Part shown: one piece after another, positions 14,716 through 28,290 of the stretch | How positions within the stretch are numbered: position 1 is the first letter of the stretch | How the letters are laid out: the number at the start of each line of letters is the position of its first letter | NCBI GenBank assembly: GCA_015680685.1 | Contig: MNCI01002706.1 | Span: 737,415-801,414 of the forward strand | Direction: 5' to 3' | From: Gnetum montanum | Taxonomy: Eukaryota; Plantae; Gnetophyta | DNA length: 64,000 nucleotides | Made by a program: the position numbers and the translations under genes | Notes under the pieces: generated by a model | Seen by the model: only the letters and a program-made list of their open reading frames with translations | Databases searched by the model: none | What the model was told of the DNA's origin: nothing

Positions 14716-14899
14716 TTTATGATGGTTCATGATCCGATAGGAGTTCAACCTACCAATGATAGATAGGAAGGAAACTAAAAACATAGTTACTAATCATTTG
14801 TCTTAGTTCAAGTAGAATAACAAGGTTGATGAAGAGCCTTTATCTGATTAAGTTCCAAATGATCTTCTTTTTACTAGGGCAACTGATATAATGTTTTCC

Positions 14900-15871
14900 T
14901 AGTATAGAGACACCTCTTTCAATCCCTTTTATTTTCCCTACATGTGTGTTTTTACAAGTTTTTGGACATTGGAAATATGTCTTCAAAGTCCATGAGACAT
15001 CATGGGCAAGTCTAGAAGTGACTGGAGATGACTTGCTATTCAAATTGATGTCTCAGGTGAAATGTCATATCTGTGAAAATAGTATCTTAGGTGAGATATT
15101 TAACCAAAACCTAAGATGTCTCCACTATGTATGAGACATCTTAGGTCTAGCAAAGGCATCTTGGAAAAATAGTAGACATCTTGGCTAAGATCTAGCTTCG
15201 TAGAAGACATCTTGGCAAGGTCAAAGATGATCCATACGAATGAAAAAATTTCAACAAATGTCCATCCCAATTTGAAAAGTAGCTGGAGCTAGAACACAAT
15301 GGAAAAAGATGAAAACAACTAGAGAGAAGATGAGAAGACTTGGAAAACATTTGGAAAATCCTAGGTTGAATTGAGGAAAGGTTTCTATGATTCTTATCTT
15401 TCAGTTTGACATAACTATTGATGTGTTAATCATTGTTGGTACCATTAGCAAAAGAAAAAGCTCTTGAGAGTGGAAAGTTGAGCAAGAGAGAGTAGGTGAG
15501 CACATTGAGTAAGTGCAATTGGTGATTGTAGCTCCAAGATCAACTTGTGGTGTGTTGGTCTATGTGTTCTACTCTCTTGTATCTCACTTGTAAGTAAAAG
15601 ATCTCAATCTTGGGTTATGGAAGAGATTTCTATTAGTTATGTCTTGCATTAAGAATAGCCATTGTATGGTTGTAGAGCCTCATTTTCTGTAATATCATTT
15701 AAGTATGACACGTTTTGGATGTTTGTGGGTTTTGGGAACCCTATTGTAATCTTCTAATTGCGTTAATTCAAGATAGCTAGTTTTCTTGTTTTCTAGCATA
15801 TAGTTTTGTCCTTGTGCACCATTTGAATTTAGTATTTAAAGGGAATTTAATTATGGAGTGAACTTGCTCCA
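14900..15871 (+). repeat. 5' LTR of element E
   Basis: Aligns end to end with 20620-21600; the exact 3' end could be 15871-15877. Confidence 0.85.
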
Positions 15872-15939
15872 GTGTTATTAGTATCAAAGCCTAGTTTTAT
15901 TGTTTCTTGAAAATTCGTTGAGGATTTGATCAATTTCAT

Positions 15940-18900
15940 ATGGTACCCAGGAAGAAATAGGTGCAAGCTCTAAATTAGAACATGTTGAGCATGAAGTCCA
16001 TCTTCCAAATGATGGTTGCTTGATTGGATGGAATCATTATGAAGGTAGAACGAAATGCTAGTCCTAGTCATATTTAGATCCACAAAGATGAAGATCATGT
16101 ATGTTTAGATAAAGAAGTTTCACAACCAAGTGAAGATGGAGTGGATGAAGAGGAAGGACAATCTAGCTATGAGAGTGTAGGAAATCATTAGCTAAGGATT
16201 CCAATGGGAAGGAATCCTATTCCACATATGAGAACTCCAAGGGCTCTAGCAATGTTCACTGCTACTTCTTTAAGCAATATTAATGAGGAAGATGAGTCAA
16301 GGCTTTCTAGAGCATTCAAAAATGCTTCATGGAGTTGAAGACTTTTAATGATGTAGATGGTACCAATGCTTTTATAAGTTAGCTAAAGGTACTTGAGAAG
16401 CATTTTCAGTTAGAATAGGTACCAAATAACTTGAGGGTGCCTATTGAAAAATCTAGATTAGAAGGTATGGTTTCTACTTGGTGGGAAAAGAAGTTCCATG
16501 GTTATGAAAGATGAAATGTTCAACATATCAGAGATTGGAATCTAATGAAATACAAGTTGATAAGAAAATTTGAGCAATCTCATCAAAGATAAGAAACCAT
16601 TATGAAGTTGAAATTCCTAAGGCAAGGGAAAAGGATGTCAAAGAATTCTACATCAAATTTTGTGATCTATTCCATCAAGCTAAGGTAAACTGGAAGGAAT
16701 ATGAACAAGCTTCAATCTTTTTAGGAGGTCTCAAAATGATGTACTAGCAAGAGTTATCTTTTTATGAGCCACAAACTCTTGATGAGACTTATGATTTAGC
16801 ACTCAAACCTAAGAAGAAATTAGATGGATTCAAAAATAGGAGCAAACAAACTTCCAAAGGAAAGTAGAAGGGATCTAGATCTAATAAGGAATCCAAGTCC
16901 CAATCTAAAGACAAGGAGGGTAGCCAAGACAAGAAGATTAAAAGAAGCTATGAGAACGATAAAGCCAAGAATAACCAAGGTAATGGATGCAAAGCTTAAA
17001 GTAGCAACTCATTAAAAATTTAGTCCTTCAAATGTGGAGAATGGAAACACAAGCAATAAAAATGTTCACTTCACAAGGTAGCCATGGGTAAAGATGTACA
17101 AACTATGGAGGTGAAGGAGACATTAAGCCAAGCTCTTCAAAGAGGTAATCCTAATGCTTTAAAAATTGAGGATGTTTTTGAATTAATTTTTTATGTAGTC
17201 ATGGCGAATGTCAATAGAGGAGATCACCCTGAAAATAAATTGTTATTTCAAATTAGGGCCATTTGTTTTCTTACTAGGGAATGGATCCATATTTTGATTA
17301 ATGGGGGAGCCCAAGAAAATGTTATTTGTTCTAAGGCAATTGCTATATTGGGTTTGGTAACTAATCCTATTTTGAGACCCTATAAGATGCATTGGTTATC
17401 TAGGGATTTTTCTCAAGAGGTAAGGTACTTTGAAATTTAAAATTCAAAGTGTTCATAATGTTGTGAAGTGTGAGGTGCTTCCAATAGATTGTGTTGATGT
17501 AATTCTTAATAGACCTTGAAATTTTGACAATATTGCTTAGCTTGATGGAGCAAGTAATGTGTAGAGTGTTGCTAGACCTAATGGAATCCATGATTTTACT
17601 CCTATGATAGCTAAACAAGTGAGGTAACAAAGCTCACTTAATTCTTTCTTAATTTTTCTAGGAGAGAGGGAATATATTAAGGAATGTGATGAAACTGGTT
17701 TTGATTTTGTTGTTATGAAAATAGTTGATACTAACCATGATGATGTGCAAATTGAACTTTCTATAAGTATGCTAGGCTTAAAGAAGAAAGTTTTCAAATT
17801 GTTGAAGGGGAAATTAAATGAACTATTACCAATTAGGAATGTACAGCATCAGATTGACTTCATCCCTAGTGCTACCATTCTAAACAAGAGAGATTACTAG
17901 ATGACACAAAATTAGAGGGTTGAATTGGAAAGGTAAGTAGAGGAGTTACTTGCAAATGGCTTCATGAGGAAATCCATTTCACCTTGTGCAATTCCAACAA
18001 TGCTAGTGCCAAAGAAGGACAACAATGAATGGAGGATGTGCATTGATTCTAGGGTAGTGAAAAGGATAAAAATGAGGTACAAGTTTCCTATTCCAAGGAT
18101 GGATGATATCCTTTATGTTCTTAACAATGTAAAGGTTTTTAGCAAGATTTATTTGATGAGTATTATCATCAAATCAGAATTAGGCCTAGTGATGAGTTGA
18201 AGATAGTTTTCAAAACACCAGATGGACTATTTGAGTGGTTCATGATGTCATTTAGGCTCATGAATGCACTTGCTACACTCATGAATTTGATGCATGATGT
18301 ATTAAAGGGCTTGATTGGTAAGTTTTGTATTATCTTTTTTTGACAATATTTTGGTGTATAGTTCTAATGAGGAAGATCACTTGGATGACTTAAGGATTGT
18401 GTATCTTAAGTTGAAGGAGGCACAACTAGTGATAAACATGAAGAAAAGTCATTTCTTCAAGAGGAAAATCACATATTTGGGGCATGTGATTTCTAAATAC
18501 CAAATTTGGATGGAAGCTACCAAGGTGAAGGCTATTAAGGATTGGCCAACTCCTTAGAATGTTGGAGAGGTAAGATCATTCCTTGGTTTAGCAGGTTTTT
18601 ATATATGGTTCATCAAAAACTATAGTGGTATTTCATGGTCTATGTTTTCTTTTTTAAGAAAATAAGGAATTTATATGGGATAATGAAACCCAAAAAAATC
18701 TTTAACTTATTGAAAGCAAAGATTACCAGTGAATCAACACTTGCAATTCTAGATTTTTAGAAGTTTTTTCAAGTGAAGATGGATGCAAGTGGACATGCCA
18801 TTGGTGGGGTACTTTCACAAGAAGGTATGCATGTTTCTTTATTTTCTAAAAAGTTAAATGAGTCAAGGAAATAATATAGCATATATGAGGAGTTGTACAC

Positions 18901-20590
18901 TATTCTTCAAGCAATCAAGCATTGGAGACATTACTTATTACCCAAGAAGTTCACTTTGATGACAAACAACAAAGTAATTCAATTTTTAAACTCTTAACAG
19001 AATTTGAGTGCAAAGCACATGAAGTGGATTGCATAATTACAAGAGTTCAATTTTCTTTTGAAGCACAAAAGTGAGAAAGCTAATGTGGTGGTTGATGCAT
19101 TGTCCAAGTTGCATGTGGCAAATTTTAGCATACCTCATGTAGAAGGTATGGGTGATTTTGCATTTTTGTATGATCATAATGTTGATTTTGGCCAAGTTTG
19201 GAGGAGCCTCAAAGAGCCATTGATGAGTAAGATAGACTAGTGGAGGAACTATCATATTTAAGATGAAATTTTATTTAAGAATGGAAAGGTATGTGTTCCT
19301 AATTGTAATTTTAAGAAAAGGATCTTGTTTGAAAAGCATTCTAGTGGCATGACAAGTCACATGGGCAAGGATAAAACATTGGAACTTCTCAATAGGCACT
19401 ATTTTTGGTCTAGTATATTAACAGAAGTTTCAAAATTTATAAAGGAGTGCTTGACATGTTAGAAGTTCAAAGGAGGTAAAGGTGTGGATGGACACTATAT
19501 GCCTTTGCCAATTCCCAAGGATCCATAGGAAAGTGTGTTTATGGACTTTGTGAGTGATATTCCAAAGATCATGAGTGGAAATGATGCAATTTTTATTATT
19601 GTGAATAGGTTCTCCAAGATGGCACACTTTATTCCATGCAAGAAGGTGAGTGATGCTTCTCAAGTTGCAAATTTATTTTACCAACATGTTGTGAAGTTGC
19701 ATGGTATTCCTTTCAATATTGTTAGTGACAAAGACTCCAAGTTTACAAGCTAGTTTTAGAGGTCCCTTTGGAAAATTTTAGGGACAAACTAAATTTTTCT
19801 AGTACATATCATCCATAATCTAATGGTCAAAAAGAGGTGGTGAATAAATCCCTGCTAAACATATTGAGATGTTTGTGTGATGGATAGCCATACAAGTGGA
19901 AAAACTTGTTGTGTCATGCTAATATAATAATTCTTTTCATGTTGCTATTGGTAGTATACCATTTGAGATGAACTATGGATTTTGTCTGGAGATGGTAGAC
20001 ACTTTGAAGGGCTTTGATGGGGAAGCTCAACTTACTGATGATTTTGTGCAAGAGATGAGAGATCTCTAGGCACAAGTAAAATCAAACCTGAGAAGATGGC
20101 TAAAAAATGATTCCTCTAGAGGAATGAGAGTAAGAAAAATTCTAATTTTGTTATTGATGACTTGGTTTGGGTGCACTTGAAAAAGAAGAAATTAAGATAT
20201 GTTAACTTCACCAAATTGAAAGCCAAGAAGATGGGATCTTTCAAAATCAAGGCTAAATTAATGATACTTTTTTTTAGATTAATTTACCAAATGATGGTGA
20301 TATGTATTTTTTGTTTGATGTTTTAGATCTTGTGCATTATCATGGACCAAATAATGAGGAGATCATACAGATAGCATCAACGAGTCAAAGGGGGCTATTG
20401 ATCAATCCAAGCTTCAATGAAGAGGAAGGTAATCGTAATCAAGTAGAGGAAAGCTTCTAGCACTCAAGAAGTCAATAGGCATGAATATTTAATCTATTGG
20501 GAGGATCAATCCACTGATGATGTTGTATGAATTCATGAGACCAAACTTGATGGGTTGGGGATCACCTCAACCCCTACTCCCTTGTTCACA
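15940..20590 (+). pseudogene. gag-pol remnant of element E
   Basis: Zn-knuckle remnant ~17025, ILINGGAQEN (protease), WRMCIDSR, FKTPDGLFEW, FFDNILVYS, MDASGHAIGGVL, ANVVVDALS, GHMGKDKT, MDFVSDIP, IVSDKDSKF, chromodomain-like EYLIYWEDQSTDD ~20480. Confidence 0.9.
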
Positions 20591-20619
20591 TGAGCTCATT
20601 TTTTGAAAGGTGAAAGAGC

Positions 20620-21600
20620 TGGTGTAGGAACACCTCTTACAATCCCCTTTTTCTTTCCTATGTGTGTGTTTTTTTAGGCTTTTGGACACTAGAGAGATGT
20701 CTTGGAATTCCATGAGATGTCATGATTAAACCTGGAAGTGATTGTAGATGACTTGATGTTCAAACTAACATCTCAAGTGAGACGTCTTGTCTATGAAAAC
20801 AATGTCTTGGATGAGATGTCTCACCATAACCTAAGACATCTCAAATGAAAAATCTCCACTATGTATGAGATGTCTTGGAACTGGGAGAGATGTCTCAGAA
20901 AAATAGTAGGTGTCTTAGACATGATTTAGGTTTTGAAAGAGATGTCTTGGCAAGATCACAAATGATCCATATGGATGGAAAAACTTCCAAAAATGTCCAT
21001 CCCAATAGAATAAATAGCAAAAACAAAATGGAAAAAGATAGAAATAGCCATCTAGGAGATGATAAGACTTTGGAAACATCTAAAAAACCTCAAGTTGAGT
21101 AGAGGAATGGTTTCTAGGGTTCTTATCTTTCGATTTGACATAAATATTGATGCATTTATTATTGTTGGCACCATGAGTGAGAGAAAAAGCTCTTGAGATA
21201 GAAAGTTGAGCAAGAGAGAGTAGGTGAGCACATTGAGTTAATGAAATTAGTTACTGTAGCTCTAAGATTAGCTTGTGGTGTGTTGGTCTATGTGTTCTAT
21301 TCTCTTGTATCTCACTTATGAGTGGAAGATCTCAATCTTGGGTTGTGGGAGATATTTCTATTGGTTGTATCTTGTATTAAGAACAACCATTATGTGGTTG
21401 TAGAGCCTCATGCTCTATAATATCATTTTAAGTATAACAGGTTTTGGATGTTTGTGGGTTTTGGGAACCTTGTTGTAATCTTCTAATTGAATTAACTAAA
21501 GATAGCTAGTTTTCTTATTTTCTAACATATAGTTTTATTCTTGCATACTATCTATATTTAGTATTCAAAGATAATTGAATTGTGGAGTGAACCTACTCTA
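20620..21600 (+). repeat. 3' LTR of element E
   Basis: Follows the PPT; starts TGGTGTAGG. Confidence 0.85.
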
Positions 21601-23509
21601 ATTCCTCTCCTACTTACTCACTTAGGAGGCTTCTACAAGATGAGACAATGAGAGAAAATAACAATTTCTTCACTAGGAAAAACACTACATTGAGATAAAG
21701 GATAACCTCTATAAAGTTTGCATAGATGGACTTGTACAATGGTGCGTTCCCAATGAAGATCAGCTACAAGTCCCCCAACATTCTCGTGAAGGTTCTTGTG
21801 GAGGCCATTATGCAAAAAGGAGAACAACCATTAAAATTCTGATGGCAAGGTATTTTGGCCTATAATCTATAGGGATGCTTACCATTTTTCTCATTCATGA
21901 AAGTGATATAAACAAGATGAAGAGATGATAACCAAGATGAAAGAGGTCCAACAGTAAATTCAACCACTTAAGCCTTTCGACATTTAGAGAATTGACTTCA
22001 TGGGAACCATCACTCTTATCTCTAATGGAAAATATTACATTATTATTATTGTTACTTTTTGTACCAAATGGGTTGAAGCTATAGCTATCACCAATTGTAC
22101 TTCTTCCACTGCAGCTTGATTTTTTTAGCAAAAGGTGGTAAATAGGTTTGGTTTACATAGGACACTAATTTCTAACAATGAAATACATTTTACTAGCACC
22201 ACATTTCACAAGTTAATGCAATGCTTAAGGGTAGAACATAAACTTACATCTCCTTATCACCACCAAACCAATGATTAAGCCAAATTTTCCAACAAGGAGA
22301 TCACAATAATTTTGACAAGAACCATTAGTAGACAAAGGAAGAATTGGAGCACCAATCTCAATGGTGGCTTATGGGCCTATCACTCAACATGGAAACTCCA
22401 TATAAGCTACTCTTCCTATGAGTTAGTGCATAGAAAGTTTCCTAAACTTTCAATTCAAATTGAACTTTGTACAATCACAACTACATGTAACCTTGTCCGA
22501 AACATTGACTTAGCATAGAAGGAAAGATTAATGGTACTCAACACAATGAACCAAAACCAAAGGGTAGCTTTGATAATGAATGAAATGCACAACACATATC
22601 ACAAACAATGACATGATGCCCAAATAAAAAAAGTTTCATTTTAACTAGGAGACAAGATTCTCTTTTAGAATCCCACATGTGTGCCTTAATAAACTAAGTT
22701 TCAAACATTGTGAAAAGGACCATATATTGTACATTCAAATTTTCCTTCCAGGGCTATGATAATCTACCACCCAACAAGCCCCCAAAAGCACATGCTAGTT
22801 AACATCCAACAATTGAAAATCTTTAAAGACACTTGAATAACCAACAATAATCACATCTTAACCCATGGTCCTTTCAATGTAGTTGTGGGGGAGAAGACCA
22901 TCTACCTTAATATCTTATAGAGGATGGAAGTTTTTACCTTTCTTGTTTTACATTATTTTTTATACATTTTCCATTTTCTTTACCTTTTGATCTTCTTATA
23001 TATTTTACTTTTACTTTACTTTATTATCATTCTTGTCTTTTTTTTTTCTTTTTTATAATGTTTGATTTCATTCTATTGTTGTTGTGAATATTAATAATTA
23101 CTAAATGTAGTTGTCAAGATTGTTATTTATATATACAAGTCAAATTTCCTTTTGAATTATGCTCTCTATTAACAAATTTTCAGTTCTATAATGGTATGAG
23201 GCAATGAACTCATGAAATCCACCTATTCCATCTATCTCAAAATGAAATATATATTATGGTAGCACTATGGTTCTTTCTCACCAAAACTAAAAATAACATG
23301 TGGTCTCGTTAACTAATGAATAGGAAAAGGAACAAGTGAAAATGGAAAAGGGTATGGTCTCAAGGGGATTTATTGAGTTCTCTTCTTGACTCCCTTCATG
23401 AGTCTTATAATTCCTCAAAGAACGTATCATCACTCTTGTAATCCAAAAAGGAAGTACATTTTATAAAGTGTGGTTTTCAAAATTCAAAAAAAAAAAAGAA
23501 TAAAAACAT

Positions 23510-23660
23510 ACCTCTTTAAGGATCCTTTGGGATACATGAATTTGGGCCTTTAAGGAACCCCTTTGGGATACCTCTTTGGGATACCTCATAACCAATTCAT
23601 GTATCCCAAAGGAACCCCTTTTGGGATACCTCTTTGGGATCTTTAAGGAACCCCTCTAAC
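23510..23660. repeat. Mixed direct/inverted repeat cluster (ctttgggatac units) with a perfect 20-bp inverted repeat
   Basis: tcctttgggatacatgaatt 23523-23542 and aattcatgtatcccaaagga 23594-23613; five direct ctttgggat copies. Confidence 0.9.
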
Positions 23661-26600
23661 TAAGGCCCAAATTTCTTTCTTAAAATCTCTAACAACTTCC
23701 TTCTTCATTTTCTTCTTCTTATGGAGTGATGATCATTCCCTGTGATCATTATAGTTTCACAATGATAGGAAATAAGGAGCACAGTAAGGAAATGACACTA
23801 TTAATGGTATGGACTTGGTTTGAAACCTAAATAGACCAATATTTAGATCACCTTAATTACGCATTCCAAAAAGATCTTCTGCAACTATGATCTAGATTCA
23901 CATATCCTAATTTCTCTCCAAATCCTTTCTAACACTTTGTTTGCTCATCTTACCATTTTGTACCATGGTCATCTACTAATTCTTAGTTTTTAGATTGTAC
24001 AATCCTATGACACTACAAGATGGATATGGTGTTTAACCTAGATCACCATTAGATATCCAAGATGCCTACAAACTCCTTGTGATGTGGTTATGTAAGGGAA
24101 ATTTTAGGCATTAGCCTTCTTTGGCAGGGACCCACTTACATAGCTCCTAGTCCATCTAGTTGAAACCCCATCATCACATGCCTTGATTCAATTGCCTACA
24201 ATCTTGATAACTTGGATTGTCCAACATTATGCTTGTGATTCTCTTACTTTATTTTTCTCTAGTTTTATTTTGGAAACATGTCTCATTTTGACATTCCCAA
24301 ACACTTCATTCACTTCAATTCTTGATAAAGGACCTAATGATTTATTATTATCTTCTTTTCACATCTCTCTAGCTTCCATTTGGCTCTTTTTTCGTGTCCA
24401 AAATCTCCAAAAATACCTTAGTTTCTTAATTAAAAATTTGGTGCAAATGACGACATTAATGTGGTCAAATACATCGAGGCATCCTCATTGATGCAACATA
24501 AAAATGCTATATATACATATGACACTTAGTTCCAATTTCACATTTTTCTTAAAATGTGAAGGAAGTTTTGTACTTTTTAGAGCCCCAAACCTTTCAAAAA
24601 CCATAACTTCCTCTTGACATACCCAATTGCACTAGTTTTTCAATTTTGGAGGTATGTTGTATGTCGCAGAGGCATCAACACTTAGATTGGCCAATAATTT
24701 TTTCTAACATCCCACAGATCAGGTATTAAAATAGTATTAAACTAATGCTCAAAAAGAAATAATACCAATAACTAACTATCTTTGAAGCTAAAATAAAATA
24801 ATAATAAAATATTCTCATGAACCTGCAATCCCTAGAAATCCTAATAGCCAAATCTTCCACCAAAACTAACCCAAAAATGATTAAAAGGTATCTAGACTCA
24901 AGAGATTAAATCAAAATGACTAATCTAAGGTTATTTACATGATTGTATATGGCAACAAAACAAGGACCATAACCAAGTGGGCCATTGCAACCTAGGGAAA
25001 ATTGACCTCAAGGAGGAAGAGGATAATAATAACAACAATCACAATAATAAGAATAAGTAGCCAAGGTGACACATGCCATTGGGCCATTGCAAGGAGAGCC
25101 TATGGTAGAATTTGTTCGCTAAATTTTCACCATGGAGATAAAGAAATCCAAGCAAGATGAGATCCCATGATCTAGCCCCAATTTGAAAGTCACTCTCACA
25201 GAGGCCTTTCTAGACAAGGTGAGAAGCAAGAAGATCCAAGGCACAATTCTTCAAGAACTAAACTTTGAACTCTTCCTAGACTTGCTGCTAAAAGAGGTTA
25301 GAACATAATTGCAAAGGTCTCTACTATGACCCACCATTTCCACTAGTGGAAAATGATATATTAGGGAGACATATCTTTTTTGGAATAACTACCAAGATGA
25401 TGAAATAGTAAAAATTAAAGATATTACCATCTCCTACTTGGTTGAGGTCATCATGAAAGCCCTTAAATTACCTAATACCAAGGCGAAGTTGGCAAAGATA
25501 TCCACCTAGGTGCATGCAAAAGCAAAGAAAGAAGGAATGTGGCAATACTATAAAGTGGATAGTAAGGAGTATGGTGTCCTTTTCAAGGAAGAGCCTACCT
25601 ATTTTAAGATTTCATCCTACCACCTTAATCTCATGATGAGGCTAACCAAGGTGATAGCCTTCTCTACAAGGACATGCATGACTCTATGAGGGAAATTTCA
25701 AGTCAATCTTCCCTAGCTCATCTTCTTGAAAATCAAGAAGAGATTTAACAAGAACAAGAAGGATCAGAAGAAATTCTTCTTCTTTTAATACCTCATCAAA
25801 AAAAATTGCAAAGGGTAGGTATAGCTTACTATTCAAATGATATCATCTATAGGGATCCTATCATACCATGATAAGAAATGATGAAGGACTAGGCTCCTAC
25901 CAAGCTCCAAGAGGAACAAGTGTAACCTCCACTACCAACACTAGCACCAAAGATAATCCCTAAAATGTCAACACCTATTGAACACAAAATGAAACTTAGG
26001 AAGCAATAGTTGCAACAATAAGTCTTCAAGGGTGGTGGTGAATCTTTGGTGTACTATCTAGACATGAGCCATCTTAATGAAGTCACAAGGATCATCAACT
26101 AGACAATGAATAACTAGGCCATTATATTCTTCACATGAAGAAACTAGGCTTCTATTCACACTGATCCCAATGCCATAGAGGTCACTATGTTCATTTTGAA
26201 ATAATTATTTCTCAAAATATCTAGGAACACAATAGCTTTCTCTATAATGCTAGAAGAAGGGGAAGGTGCAATAGTCTTAGCCATACCACATAAGGGCTAG
26301 GAAATAATAGTAAACGCTATTATAGATTGGATTGATGAAGCTTTAAGGGCTCCTATAACATCTATTCCTAGTATTGTTGTAATGGAAAACATCCAAACAT
26401 CTATAGGAGCTAGAGGCAAACGGATGAGTGTAGCATAGCATGAGGAAATACTAGAATGACTAATTGGAACTAGAAAATCAATTTTGAAGATCTTTAATCT
26501 CTCAAAAGATATCTTAGTGACCCAATTGTAGCTAGTAGAGATAAGGGACAAGCTCCTAATCATCCAAGTGTAACTCAAGGAGGCATCTATCAACAATCAA

Positions 26601-27574
26601 TGGTTGGTGCTAGAGGTTGCAAAACTAAGAGCCCACTTGTAAGATCCATCCATTCTCAGGCCTAAGCATACTAGAGATGAAGCTTTCTAGTAGCTTTAAC
26701 AAATGATCCAAGAGGTTGAAAATGCTAAAGAAATGGTTGTCTTTGATGCATCACTATTTGAAGCAATGATGAATTCTACCAATTGTGATCTTCAAGACAT
26801 GCACATGGAAAGTCTCACCTTGGCCCAAGAAAACCAATACCTGTGAAAAGCTAAGAAGCAAAAGGAACAATTGTTGGAATACATCCATCAAAAATAGAAA
26901 TATCTTGCCAAGGTGAATTACGATATCAAAACTTTGACTACAAAAAATTGAAATCTCTCAATGAAGAAAATTCATACCCTTTGCCAAAATGAGATCCTAA
27001 AGTATGAAAATGTAAAGAATCATTATAGGGACCAGGTTGGGATGCTCAAGGAGATAAATAAGAGAGAAATCAAATTGACAAAGCTAAAGGTAATTGATAA
27101 ATCATAATTCATCAGGCTGCAATATCAGACCCCCGATATCAAAGCCTCGATATCAGGTACACGATATCGCAGCCAGGTCGCGATATCAGATATGCAATAT
27201 TGTGACTCCTATGTGGACCTATAAATACACATGTAGGAACATGGGAAAGGAGTCATTTTTTAACAATATTTGGTCAGTTTTAGGAGTCAGTTTAGTTAGA
27301 GTCTTTTTGTTCCTCTCAACCCTTTCTCCCAATGCATGCCTGCAGTGTGATGATTGTAATTGTACAGCATCCTTTATTCGAGTGTGATGTACCTGGACAC
27401 ACACATGACTGGAAATAAAGATCAAGATTACTTCATCATTGCAACATCCACTTAGTTTAATTATTTAATTAATTTTGTTGTAGTTAATATCTCTTCACCC
27501 TAAACTCCTTAAATGTGGAATGAGTACAACTTGATCACAAGCATCTACATGTGACTACTTGGTATCCCAGTAGC

Positions 27575-28290
27575 NNNNNNNNNNNNNNNNNNNNNNNNNN
27601 NNNNNNNNNNNNNNNNNNNNNNNNNNNNNNNNNNNNNNNNNNNNNNNNNNNNNNNNNNNNNNNNNNNNNNNNNNNNNNNNNNNNNNNNNNNNNNNNNNNN
27701 NNNNNNNNNNNNNNNNNNNNNNNNNNNNNNNNNNNNNNNNNNNNNNNNNNNNNNNNNNNNNNNNNNNNNNNNNNNNNNNNNNNNNNNNNNNNNNNNNNNN
27801 NNNNNNNNNNNNNNNNNNNNNNNNNNNNNNNNNNNNNNNNNNNNNNNNNNNNNNNNNNNNNNNNNNNNNNNNNNNNNNNNNNNNNNNNNNNNNNNNNNNN
27901 NNNNNNNNNNNNNNNNNNNNNNNNNNNNNNNNNNNNNNNNNNNNNNNNNNNNNNNNNNNNNNNNNNNNNNNNNNNNNNNNNNNNNNNNNNNNNNNNNNNN
28001 NNNNNNNNNNNNNNNNNNNNNNNNNNNNNNNNNNNNNNNNNNNNNNNNNNNNNNNNNNNNNNNNNNNNNNNNNNNNNNNNNNNNNNNNNNNNNNNNNNNN
28101 NNNNNNNNNNNNNNNNNNNNNNNNNNNNNNNNNNNNNNNNNNNNNNNNNNNNNNNNNNNNNNNNNNNNNNNNNNNNNNNNNNNNNNNNNNNNNNNNNNNN
28201 NNNNNNNNNNNNNNNNNNNNNNNNNNNNNNNNNNNNNNNNNNNNNNNNNNNNNNNNNNNNNNNNNNNNNNNNNNNNNNNNNNNNNNNNNN
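27575..28290. other. Assembly gap (716 N)
   Basis: Run of n. Confidence 1.

Larger units (their letters stand above)
14900..21600 (+). mobile_element. Element E: full-length decayed chromovirus (CRM-like Ty3/Gypsy), nested between RH and INT of B
   Basis: LTRs ~14900-15871 and 20620-21600; PBS tagtatcaaagc 15879 (tRNA-iMet type); PPT gaaaggtgaaagag; TSD tttcc/attcc; coding motifs listed under the pseudogene feature. Confidence 0.92.
8700..22840 (+). pseudogene. gag-pol remnants of element B, interrupted at 12339-13317, ~13463-14715 and 14900-21600
   Basis: KWRVCIDF ~11475, IPFGLCNAPTTFQ ~11695, MEVFMDDFS ~11777, NYTTTEKEL ~13323, EFNL..IDRK..KNIVTNHLS ~14740, GSCGGHYA ~21790, TSPYHHQTN ~22245; many stops and frameshifts. 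Confidence 0.88.

Noticed and set aside
23510-23660. CRISPR-like repeat array
   Set aside because: Units are irregular, overlap, occur in both orientations and lack unique equal-length spacers; the context is eukaryotic with no cas genes.
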